From the NCBI GenBank assembly GCA_046759465.1, contig JBHICH010000004.1, forward strand, positions 81 through 64,080: a stretch of DNA of 64,000 nucleotides, given 5' to 3'. Position 1 is the first letter of the stretch; the number at the start of each line of letters is the position of its first letter. The notes under the pieces were generated by a model, which saw nothing but the letters and a program-made list of their open reading frames with translations, was not told where the DNA came from and ran no database searches. Of this stretch, positions 55,262-63,664 are shown in pieces. Origin of the DNA: Nitrososphaerales archaeon. GTDB lineage: Archaea > Thermoproteota > Nitrososphaeria > Nitrososphaerales > UBA213. A program made the translations under genes and the position numbers.

Positions 55262-55396
55262 TTTGGGAAAATGTTAGACTGCGATAAAAGCATTTGTTGA
55301 TCTTGTCAAAGAAGAATAAAAATAGACATTTTTCTGCAGAGCGATATTTTATAATTTTCGGAAGCTATAAAGGAAACTGAACAGTTCAAGTTTCAA

Positions 55397-56413
55397 ATGA
55401 ATCTACCTGACGCAAGCACACTCCAATTCACATCTGATTTGCGTATCTGCCGCATCTTGAACGGGATGTGGCAGGTATCCGGGGCCCACGGGCCCATCGA
55501 TCCTAAAAAAGCCATCTCCAGTATGTTCACCTACTTGGATGCTGGCTTCACCACTTGGGACCTAGCGGACCATTATGGCCCAGCGGAGGACTTTATTGGA
55601 GAATTTAAGCACCAGATAGCGTCATCAAGGGGTGTCGAAGCGCTGTCCAATCTTCAGGCCTTTACCAAGTGGGTGCCACCACCGGGGCGTATGACGCGTC
55701 CGCTGGTCGAAGAGAATATTGCATTGTCGCTACGGCGCATGAACGTTGAAACGCTCGACCTTTTGCAGTTCCACTGGTGGGACTACCGGGATACCAACTA
55801 TCTCGATGCTCTAAATTATTTGTCCCAGCTACGGGAAGAAGGCAAGATCAGGCACATTGGTCTGACCAACTTCGATAGTGAGCACCTAAGGCGAATAGTT
55901 GACCATGGGACTAACGTAGTGTCAAACCAGGTCCAGTTTTCATTAATTGACCGGAGGCCCGAGGTGCACATGATTCGGTTTTGCCAGGAGCACAACATTC
56001 AGCTTCTCACCTACGGAACTCTCTGTGGCGGCCTATTGTCAGAGAAATACCTAGGGCAACCTGAGCCCATGGGCAGCGCACTGAACACTGCCAGCCTGAG
56101 GAAATATAAGCAGATGGTGGATGCGTGGGGTGGTTGGGGTCTGTTTCAAGAGCTGCTACTAGTACTCAAGCAGATCGCCAACAAGCATGGAGTGAGCATC
56201 GCAAATGTAGCTGTGCGTTACATCCTAGACCGCCCAGCAGTCGCTGGAGTGATTATCGGTGTACGACTGGGCTTGACAGATCACCGGGCTGACAATGCCC
56301 ACGTATTTGATTTCGAGCTTGAGACGGAGGATCATGATCTGGTAGAAAGGGTCCTCCGCAAGTCACGTGATCTTTACGGATTGATCGGCGATTGTGGTGA
56401 TGAATATAGGTAA
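55397..56413 (+). CDS. aldo/keto reductase
   Basis: 338 aa with the typical DLADHYG (Asp-Tyr), HW.D, IGLTNF and NQVQFSL motifs. It is markedly more GC-rich than its neighbours. Confidence 0.9.
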   Translation: MNLPDASTLQFTSDLRICRILNGMWQVSGAHGPIDPKKAISSMFTYLDAGFTTWDLADHYGPAEDFIGEFKHQIASSRGVEALSNLQAFTKWVPPPGRMTRPLVEENIALSLRRMNVETLDLLQFHWWDYRDTNYLDALNYLSQLREEGKIRHIGLTNFDSEHLRRIVDHGTNVVSNQVQFSLIDRRPEVHMIRFCQEHNIQLLTYGTLCGGLLSEKYLGQPEPMGSALNTASLRKYKQMVDAWGGWGLFQELLLVLKQIANKHGVSIANVAVRYILDRPAVAGVIIGVRLGLTDHRADNAHVFDFELETEDHDLVERVLRKSRDLYGLIGDCGDEYR

Positions 56414-56853
56414 CGTAAGAATAAGCATTATGAGATGATATTGGATCTGTACAAAAAGGGTACACAGGGAAGCAGGTTATTCTTTCAGATTTTCAGGCTT
56501 CTGATTCACTATTGATATCTTATGAACCAGATGAAGTGGTTTTGCAAAAATTAGCAGTGCAATCGTATCCTTTCTTACCAACTTTTTGATCTCTTTGGCA
56601 TTGATTTCAGCAAGTATATTACTCATCTTGTTTCATCACAGTCAGTATATATGGTTAGGAATTTATAAGTGGCTCCCCATCGGCTTGAAGAAGAAGTGAA
56701 GATCATTCTTACAGATGATATTTAGAACTCGATTATCGTTTTTCATTTATGCAAGAAGCAAGGTTGCATGTGTGAACGTCATAGCAAAAAGTGACTTGTC
56801 ACTCTACAAAAATGGAGTTTTGCTCTATTATGATTCCTTGAAAACTATTTCAT

Positions 56854-57030
56854 ATGAAAATTTCGTTATTGGTAGGAGTAGCGATACTAGCTGCCATGGT
56901 CGCCCTACCAGCCATTAGTGGCAACCTCTACAAACCAGATGGTTTCACTTCAAGTGAGATTGGAAGTTTCATAGGTAGTATTGTTGATTACTGGAAAAAG
57001 GTAGTTCTAGCTGCCGTGAACTCGCAATAA
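56854..57030 (+). CDS. 58-aa ORF with signal-peptide-like N-terminus, hypothetical
   Basis: Own translation: MKISLLVGVAILAAMVALPAISGNLYKPDGFTSSEIGSFIGSIVDYWKKVVLAAVNSQ. It is followed 7 nt later by a GC-rich hairpin. Confidence 0.3.
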   Translation: MKISLLVGVAILAAMVALPAISGNLYKPDGFTSSEIGSFIGSIVDYWKKVVLAAVNSQ

Positions 57031-57036
57031 ATCCTA

Positions 57037-57068
57037 GCAAGGGGCATGCTGTATTATATCCCCCTTGC
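57037..57068 (+). other. 8-bp GC-rich hairpin (GCAAGGGG / CCCCTTGC)
   Basis: Read directly: 57037-57044 pairs perfectly with 57061-57068 around a 16-nt loop. No T-run follows. Confidence 0.45.
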
Positions 57069-57076
57069 AATTGAAT

Positions 57077-57169
57077 GGGGTATAAATACAGTGTACCCAT
57101 CTGGGTACCAGAATTTTATGTCAGCCTAACGATATTTGGGTATGATTCTTAAATTGATTCTCAATACCC
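57077..57169. repeat. cluster of five GGGTA[T/C] / [G/A]TACCC hexamers forming overlapping hairpin options
   Basis: Forward copies lie at 57078-83, 57103-08 and 57138-43. Reverse copies lie at 57093-98 and 57164-69. The loop of the last hairpin contains GATTCT twice (57144-49, 57156-61). Confidence 0.5.
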
Positions 57170-57250
57170 GAGGTTAAGTCCTTGTAATTACATCAACTGC
57201 CAGTAAATAATATAGCAATCCATACAGCAAGAAATAGGGGTTTATCCAAA

Positions 57251-57403
57251 ATGAAGCGCGAAGATAGATGTGCTACTTGCGGGCATGAAATGGAGTGGCA
57301 CACTGGCAGAGGAACCGAGTGTTACCATTCATACCAGGATGCTTTTCGTAACATCGTACACTGTAAATGCAAGAAGTTCATCAGATACGTCTCAAAAGTT
57401 TAG
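57251..57403 (+). CDS. 50-aa Cys/His-rich mini-ORF, hypothetical zinc-binding protein
   Basis: Own translation: MKREDRCATCGHEMEWHTGRGTECYHSYQDAFRNIVHCKCKKFIRYVSKV, with CxxC ... C ... CxC. Confidence 0.3.
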   Translation: MKREDRCATCGHEMEWHTGRGTECYHSYQDAFRNIVHCKCKKFIRYVSKV

Positions 57404-58035
57404 AATCCTAAGCCATTTCAATATCTTAGGAGTTCATCCATTCTTTTAGCATCTGCCTCAAGATTAAGATCGCTTACAACACCCCTTTTATCATCATTAT
57501 TGCACTTATCAGCAATCCTAAGGCTGTTATGTTGCAGATTAAACTAAATTTATCATCCCTGAATCGCAGCAGCTCAGTTTCTATTTGTTTGTTCATGGTC
57601 GTTATGTTATGCCGAATGTGGGTATAACCATATCCACCAACGGTTCTAACTCGAATTAAATGGTTTGAGGTAAGTAATATAACATTTGCAAACTTTTTAG
57701 TACCTAACCCAAGCGAAGCCCCGCAAAATTGGAGGAGGATAAACATTCTTCTTCACAAGGGTCCATCCAGCCACACCCCTTCTCCAATTCCAGTGTTATT
57801 CTATATTCTCCATCAACGCCAAAAGATAATATCAAAACTGTATCGATGTGAGGTATGGGGCTTCTCATACGTGGCCAAAGCTATGGCACAAAAATCTGAG
57901 AATTTTTGCTTAACTTATAATGCTTGTTCACCAAAGATAACGAAAGACGCAGTCAAATAATTTGGCTTGAAGAAGAATATGCTGATGGATTTGTAGGGCG
58001 ATCTCAAAAGATAATTTGTCGTTATAATAAATTAA

Positions 58036-58236
58036 CTATCCTTCTTTTTTTGATTCACTAAGAGCATCGTCGCAATTACTACCCAGTTCTTGTATCCTCT
58101 GCTTAAGGCGTTCTATTTCCGACAGCAACTTGTCATCCTCAAGTTTCCCAGTATCAATATTGTTGCTGCATTTATGCCTCCATGATTCTTTGTCTTTGCC
58201 ATTCTTCCTCTGAATGTGGCTAAATAGTTTCATCAA
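58036..58236 (-). CDS. 66-aa coiled-coil ORF, hypothetical
   Basis: Track ORF. LEDDKLLSEIERLKQRIQELG is heptad-like, and there is no homology evidence. Confidence 0.3.
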   Translation of the reverse strand: MMKLFSHIQRKNGKDKESWRHKCSNNIDTGKLEDDKLLSEIERLKQRIQELGSNCDDALSESKKEG

Positions 58237-58396
58237 TTGATATTCTATGAGAAAGCTGATAATCTTTTGTTAGTCTCTATCTTTAGACACACAGAAAAAG
58301 CTGGGCATTATAACTAGAAGATCACCAAAAATGGGCAAAATGATATTCTGATTGTAGATTATAAAACCTTAATTGTAAAGTTGCGCTTCAAAGAGT

Positions 58397-58720
58397 ATGG
58401 CCTTATATGGAATATATGGAAGCCATACACCAGAAACCTGTCCCTGGAACAACGTCGAGATCAGAAAAGCGGTATTGGACGCAGCAAGCAGATTTGAAAA
58501 GCCTGGTGGGTTTGCAAAGTACAAGATAAACAAGATTGTAGGACAATACCATTCTGCTCTGGAACATACATTTCTATGGATAGTAGATGCAGAAGATCCA
58601 CATTTGCTACAGCAATTTGCAATAGATGGAAGAATCGCAAGGTTCAACTTCCTTAAATTTGTGCCGTTAATCACATTCAAGGATGTGGTTGAAGGGTGCA
58701 GAAAGTTAGGTATTGACTAA
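58397..58720 (+). CDS. hypothetical cytoplasmic protein
   Basis: 107 aa ORF with compact alpha+beta-like composition. No family was recognised with confidence. Confidence 0.45.
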   Translation: MALYGIYGSHTPETCPWNNVEIRKAVLDAASRFEKPGGFAKYKINKIVGQYHSALEHTFLWIVDAEDPHLLQQFAIDGRIARFNFLKFVPLITFKDVVEGCRKLGID

Positions 58721-58861
58721 TTCACAAAGTGTACAGAATTAAAGACACCACTAACACTCCTCCTTTTTATTTTCATATCAACTTCGCTAAAGTTCGACGG
58801 TCATTCGAATAGATAATATTTAAAACAGCTTTCGATCGATAGTGATAGGTGGCTGAAGAGC

Positions 58862-60433
58862 TTGAGCTTCAAAAAACATGTTGCGTTCTTATTGTCTGCA
58901 GTTCTAATATTTTCCACAGTAGGGCAGATTTGGATTTATGTTCCTAAAGAGGTTGGGGCTGAACCGCCATCACTGAATCTTGACACTGCAGATATTTCTG
59001 CCAAATTGGGTACTCAATTTCAGCTCAAGATAAACCAGACCGCACTAATTGAGCCAATTAATGTGATGGTAAAATTTGTTGATGTAGTAGAGGATTCTAG
59101 ATGCCCGGCTGATGTCGTGTGTGTCTGGGAAGGTCGGGCGACTATTTTGGTTAAGATCACGGACGCTCACGAGGGCGATGTGATAGCTGAATTAAATCTG
59201 GCAACTACAGCAGATTTCGCGGTTAAAGCTTTTGATGGACATTACATAGGACTGGTAAATATTCAGCCCTACCCTGTAAGCACTCAAAGAATAGAGCCAT
59301 CGGAATACATTGCAGCCCTCGCTGTTTCTAAAATCAGAGGTGAAGAAGCAAACGCGGATATTTCAGTAGCGATGAAGCATAAGAAGAAAGTGACACTGGT
59401 TGCTGTTAAGAACAACGCCGATGAGGAGGTATTTGGTGTTCAGATTCGGATAGATGATGGAAAGATCAGTTTTGTAAAGGCTAGAGGATGGGACAGAGAT
59501 AGAATAGATCAGAGTACTGTAAGTGTACAGACAAGTGATAGATCGATAAAGCCTGGCAGGTCATTGATAATATTGATGATAGTTGATAACCGATCCGCAT
59601 CTTTCGAATGGATAGCTTTTGATAAAGATAACCGGATGATTTCTAGTGGCAATTTCGGATCTGGCACAAAGCGTGCTGTGCTGACGGATGGCAGCAAAAT
59701 TGCTGAAGAGCATTTTAAGACCCTTCTGACGAAGGAAGATGTTGAAAAGGTCCTTACTTCGCACGTAGAGCTTGACACCAAATTCCATGACATGAAGAAG
59801 ATCGCAGAATCGGTAGATCCAGAACAGGTTGCTAACATGGATAGCTTTTACAATTTGAGTTTCAATTCGAAGAACAGGACAGGCTCTTTGTCCTTTAGTA
59901 TGATAGATTTCGATTCGCAGACCTCTGCACAAAAGCACTTTGGGACGATAAAATCTGTAATGCCAGGCTCACAAATCATGGATCCGCCCATAGGAGACGC
60001 TTCTTTCGAAGTCGAGGTGAATACTCAGGAAGTAGGAAGCTTTGTTATCTTCATCAAGGCAGACAAGGTAATTGAGTTGCATACTGCAAGTTTGGCAGAA
60101 CCGATTGTTGATCTCAAAGGATTAGAAGGGCTAGCTAAAATAGTGGAAGAAAGACTTGGGATCAAGTCAATAGTAACTCTCGGTGAGGGCCAGAGACATG
60201 GCCCCCTACTTGTTCAAGAGATCCATCCTGACCGTATAATTGGCTTGAACTTTATGGAGTATCCAGTTGCAAGAGAGGAAGGCTTGCCTATAACACTGTA
60301 TATTGGAGAAAGTGCAAGCAACGGATGCACAATTACGCTTACTCTCCTTGGGATAAATGATAAAACCACAACATTTCTGAAGATAGTGGAAATGAACAAG
60401 CCATGCCCCATCTGCTGGCATGACAAAGGTTAG
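58862..60433 (+). CDS. exported protein, unknown function
   Basis: 523 aa with a TTG start, an N-terminal signal/anchor, and the segment DSRCPADVVCVWEGRA in its first domain. Confidence 0.5.
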   Translation: MSFKKHVAFLLSAVLIFSTVGQIWIYVPKEVGAEPPSLNLDTADISAKLGTQFQLKINQTALIEPINVMVKFVDVVEDSRCPADVVCVWEGRATILVKITDAHEGDVIAELNLATTADFAVKAFDGHYIGLVNIQPYPVSTQRIEPSEYIAALAVSKIRGEEANADISVAMKHKKKVTLVAVKNNADEEVFGVQIRIDDGKISFVKARGWDRDRIDQSTVSVQTSDRSIKPGRSLIILMIVDNRSASFEWIAFDKDNRMISSGNFGSGTKRAVLTDGSKIAEEHFKTLLTKEDVEKVLTSHVELDTKFHDMKKIAESVDPEQVANMDSFYNLSFNSKNRTGSLSFSMIDFDSQTSAQKHFGTIKSVMPGSQIMDPPIGDASFEVEVNTQEVGSFVIFIKADKVIELHTASLAEPIVDLKGLEGLAKIVEERLGIKSIVTLGEGQRHGPLLVQEIHPDRIIGLNFMEYPVAREEGLPITLYIGESASNGCTITLTLLGINDKTTTFLKIVEMNKPCPICWHDKG

Positions 60434-60450
60434 CTGTAAATCAGAAACTC

Positions 60451-60918
60451 CTATCTCCCAGCGAACTGTGGACCCAGAACAGCTTCCAGGGCATCTATTA
60501 CAGCCATGTTGTCGCCAACATACAGCACAATCAATTTCTCTGACTTGTAAAAGTGAGGCGTAGCGACCCAATGCACCATGCTAGTGCCTATTGAGCTACT
60601 ATCAGGTGAAACGAGTCCCGCTTCAGAATCGGCAGCGGTAGAGTCAGCATACTCAAAGACCTGAACATCGTCACCGTTAACCTTGATCACCTGGCCTTTA
60701 ACAGAGAAGAAAGGTTGCGATACCTCTCCAGAAGGCTCGACGATTGCTCCAGTGGAGTGCAGATTATCTATCAGGCTTGAGTAGTCTATGACAGGCTCAG
60801 CAAGCTTATTGGCTTGCTCTATTGAAGTGGTAATCGCCACTACTCCTAATGCCACTACAGCAATTACTACAGCTATTGTAAGATAAATCCACGACGATGC
60901 CATAGTCATCGTTTGCAT
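60451..60918 (-). CDS. N-terminally anchored exported protein, unknown function
   Basis: 155 aa with one N-terminal TM helix followed by a soluble domain. Confidence 0.5.
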   Translation of the reverse strand: MQTMTMASSWIYLTIAVVIAVVALGVVAITTSIEQANKLAEPVIDYSSLIDNLHSTGAIVEPSGEVSQPFFSVKGQVIKVNGDDVQVFEYADSTAADSEAGLVSPDSSSIGTSMVHWVATPHFYKSEKLIVLYVGDNMAVIDALEAVLGPQFAGR

Positions 60919-61007
60919 AAGATGGATAATATCTTATCGCATCAATCTGTATGACTAGGACTTGAATCGTTCGATAATTCGGTAAACTGTTAATCAATCA
61001 ACATAAA

Positions 61008-61460
61008 TTGTACCATCTCAAATGCAATTATATGAAGGAAACCGAAGCAACAATTCGTGGAAGCAAGTTACACGATATAACACATTGGGGATTAAGGGCC
61101 TCAATTGGTGCAATTTTCATTTTTCATAGTACCAAGAAATTTAGTCCAAGCTGGGGAGAATGGCTAGTAGGTATGGGTCTTCCTGCTGAATTGCAACTTC
61201 CAATTGCTCTGGCAGAATTTTTAGGCGGTACTTTCTTAATTGCTGGCGTTTTAACCAGAATATCTAGTGGGATCATGGCAATTATACTACTTGGAGCAAT
61301 TTTCCACATAAAAGGGCTGGATAAGTTTTCAGGCAGTACATTTACAGGTTGGGAATTTGATCTAGTGATGCTTGCAGCTGTTTTGTTCATCATTGTAGTT
61401 GGACCCGGAAGAGTTTCAATTGCTCATGCTGTAAAAAAAATCCCAAGGTACTTACAATAA
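61008..61460 (+). CDS. DoxX-family membrane protein
   Basis: LRASIGAIFIFHSTKKF...GLPAEL..P.ALAEFLGGTFLIAGVLTR...GPGRVSI. The start is probably the ATG at 61029 (MKETEAT...). Confidence 0.8.
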   Translation: MYHLKCNYMKETEATIRGSKLHDITHWGLRASIGAIFIFHSTKKFSPSWGEWLVGMGLPAELQLPIALAEFLGGTFLIAGVLTRISSGIMAIILLGAIFHIKGLDKFSGSTFTGWEFDLVMLAAVLFIIVVGPGRVSIAHAVKKIPRYLQ

Positions 61461-61525
61461 CTATTGTCAGCTGAACCGTTCACGAATATAAGGGCCTGAC
61501 CATGTGGCATTTAAATAATTCTTGG

Positions 61526-61573
61526 CAAAGGTCGTCAACAATGATGAGTTCCCACGAATGAGTTCGACCTTTG
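61526..61573 (+). promoter_or_regulatory. 9-bp perfect stem hairpin (CAAAGGTCG / CGACCTTTG) with internal ATGAGTT direct repeat
   Basis: Read directly: 61526-61534 pairs with 61565-61573. The 30-nt loop tcaacaatgatgagttcccacgaatgagtt contains ATGAGTT twice. It lies 29 nt upstream of the ATG at 61602 and 66 nt after the DoxX stop. Confidence 0.45.
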
Positions 61574-61601
61574 TACCGAAAACCTTATTGAAATCGAAAT
61601 T

Positions 61602-62108
61602 ATGTCTGTGTTAATGCACAAAGTAGTATTCGGACTAGCTGCTATAGCCATATTTTCTACAATCATAGCAGTCTCAATGGCATCACTGGCAAAGAGCCAG
61701 GAACCACAGGCCGGACATGACTCGGTCACAGTATTACTAAGCAACAAGAAGATTCCGTCTGGAGATTTCATACATCTATACGATTCATTTCCATTGCGCA
61801 TAGTTGGTGGCCATATCGCACTGAAAGTGAATTGTGATGAGGACGGAAAAGGTATCGTATCTGTAGTAGTTGGAGTAGCTCCGGACTTCGAAGTGATAGA
61901 CCTAACGACCGATAACATGGTGTATGAGGTATTTACGCAGAGAAAGACATGCGTTTACCACATGAACCTACCACCAGAGGGTGTCGAAGTAGTAGATATT
62001 GGGTTGATAAATATTCAGGACAAGTCGATAAGACTTGCGTCAACTGCAACAGCAGTGCTCCACATTCACGGAGTAAGTGAAGCGATATCGCACGAAGAAC
62101 ACAGCTAA
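61602..62108 (+). CDS. N-terminally anchored exported protein, unknown function
   Basis: 168 aa with a single N-terminal TM helix and no recognised motif. Confidence 0.45.
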   Translation: MSVLMHKVVFGLAAIAIFSTIIAVSMASLAKSQEPQAGHDSVTVLLSNKKIPSGDFIHLYDSFPLRIVGGHIALKVNCDEDGKGIVSVVVGVAPDFEVIDLTTDNMVYEVFTQRKTCVYHMNLPPEGVEVVDIGLINIQDKSIRLASTATAVLHIHGVSEAISHEEHS

Positions 62109-62136
62109 AGATGGAATAAGACCAATCAAATGTGAT

Positions 62137-62167
62137 TTGCTAGTATAATGCTAGCAATCCATTTTTT
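62137..62167 (+). terminator. hairpin plus T6 run after the 61602..62108 gene
   Basis: ttgctag (62137-43) pairs with ctagcaa (62151-57) around a 7-nt loop. A T6 run follows at 62162-62167, about 30 nt after the stop codon. Confidence 0.5.
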
Positions 62168-62326
62168 AATTATGCGACATGATATACGCATAGCAAAGCA
62201 CAAGATTGAAACTTTAGGCTTGAATTGTTTATGCAGAACTTTCATTGGTTTCAGTTGCCAAAAAAAGAAATGGTGAAAACTTGGTAGGGTGCATGTGTTG
62301 GTGCCATTCAGAAAAATTTTAGGATA

Positions 62327-62896
62327 TTAGAGCTTTTTTCTGTATTTTTCAACAACGTTTCTGAAGCTTTCACGTTCTTCTTGTGAAGGCTTTTGTACAG
62401 TGGATTTCATAATCCAATATCTTCCATTATGATAAGCAAGCGGCTCTTTATGGGGATTGTTGGAAGCTTCTTCAACCTCCCCTATAAACATGGTATGGTC
62501 TCCAAAACTAACTTCATTAAGCAATTTACATTCAGCATTCATTGCCGCCCCTTTTATCATGGGTGCTCTGATCTTGCTTGCTTTATAGAACTCAAACCCA
62601 AGTTGCTTGAGTGCATTGATTTTGTCGAATTCCTTGCCAGAGTAACCTCCCGCTATACTTGACATCACTGATTGATCCGCAGCACAAAGATTCACTCCAA
62701 ATTGCTTTGTTTGTTTGATATTCTCGTAAGTCGCATCAACTCTTCTTACGCAAATAGCAATCAATCCGGGAGTGTAGGATATATGGTGTGTCCATTCACA
62801 TGCCATTACATTGGGTCCAAAAGGGCCGTCACTGGTAACCAAACCTACATTTGTTATGAATTTATTTGACCTTTCATCTCCCCAAGGTAAGTCCAT
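62327..62896 (-). CDS. flavin reductase-like FMN-binding domain protein
   Basis: 189 aa. ...NVMACEWTHHISYTPGLIAICV....T..NI.....FGVNL... and HTMFIGEV are typical of the flavin reductase family. Confidence 0.8.
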   Translation of the reverse strand: MDLPWGDERSNKFITNVGLVTSDGPFGPNVMACEWTHHISYTPGLIAICVRRVDATYENIKQTKQFGVNLCAADQSVMSSIAGGYSGKEFDKINALKQLGFEFYKASKIRAPMIKGAAMNAECKLLNEVSFGDHTMFIGEVEEASNNPHKEPLAYHNGRYWIMKSTVQKPSQEERESFRNVVEKYRKKL

Positions 62897-63107
62897 AGTT
62901 CTTCATGCTCCTACCTTTTGATAGCGTACTTCTCTTGCAATCAATCAGTATAAGTTCTGTTACTAGCGTTCTACCTATTTAAGTCGCTAAGTGACGTTAG
63001 GGTTAGTAAGTGAGCTGTTGGTAAGCTTGAGCTGCTGTCTTGAGTTCTTGAAACAAGGGTATTGAAATCCCATAAAAATAAGGTTGGCAGGGGTGGGGTT
63101 AATACCG

Positions 63108-63245
63108 TCACTTGAAAGCAAATTCATAGCCACAAGAATTGCATTTACCAATCTTCGAATTTAATAGCGATCTTTCTATGAATATTTTACTTCCAGAACC
63201 ACACTTGGGACACATTAAGCTGAGATCACAATTTGTTTGGTCCAT
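63108..63245 (-). CDS. 45-aa C4 zinc-ribbon mini-ORF, hypothetical
   Basis: Own translation: MDQTNCDLSLMCPKCGSGSKIFIERSLLNSKIGKCNSCGYEFAFK, with CPKCG...CNSCG. It falls below the track cutoff. Confidence 0.4.
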   Translation of the reverse strand: MDQTNCDLSLMCPKCGSGSKIFIERSLLNSKIGKCNSCGYEFAFK

Positions 63246-63378
63246 GACTTATACTAGTATACTAACAATATAATTTCTAGTATGTTATTCATCGATACAT
63301 CCATAAACAGTTATCACGTTATAGGAAGACAGACACGAACGAACAGAAAGACATATAGGGTTTTATACATATTTTGGA

Positions 63379-63612
63379 TTGAAGATGGCTGGGTTGAGTG
63401 AGGATTGGTTATCTAAACTGATATTAAAACAAGAGACATCGTTAAGGAAGGAATATGAACAAAAGTATCTTCCTGAATGCAAGGGGAAAGGCATCTCACC
63501 ATTACGTTATGCACCATGGAGGCAAAGAAAAATGGAGCCGCGGGTGCTGGAGTTACTCATAGAAGAAGATAAAGTGAACCATCAGTTGCAAAGACATAAA
63601 CTTGATCGTTAG
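63379..63612 (+). CDS. hypothetical small protein
   Basis: 77 aa ORF with a TTG start (ATG two codons later) and no motif. Confidence 0.3.
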   Translation: MKMAGLSEDWLSKLILKQETSLRKEYEQKYLPECKGKGISPLRYAPWRQRKMEPRVLELLIEEDKVNHQLQRHKLDR

Positions 63613-63664
63613 TGCAATTGCTTAGTAACGGTTGAAAACATCCTGAAATTGCCTCAAAAAAATA

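Noticed and set aside
57474-57746. 90-aa minus-strand ORF taken at full length
   Set aside because: The N-terminal 50 residues look non-protein-like. Only the internal Met-initiated 40-aa tail-anchored segment (MNKQIETELL...) seems plausible, and even that is unsupported.
61526-61573. C/D-box sRNA, because the loop contains AATGATGA
   Set aside because: There is no D box (CUGA) near the 3-prime stem and no C-prime/D-prime pair. The C-box-like string is part of the ATGAGTT repeat.
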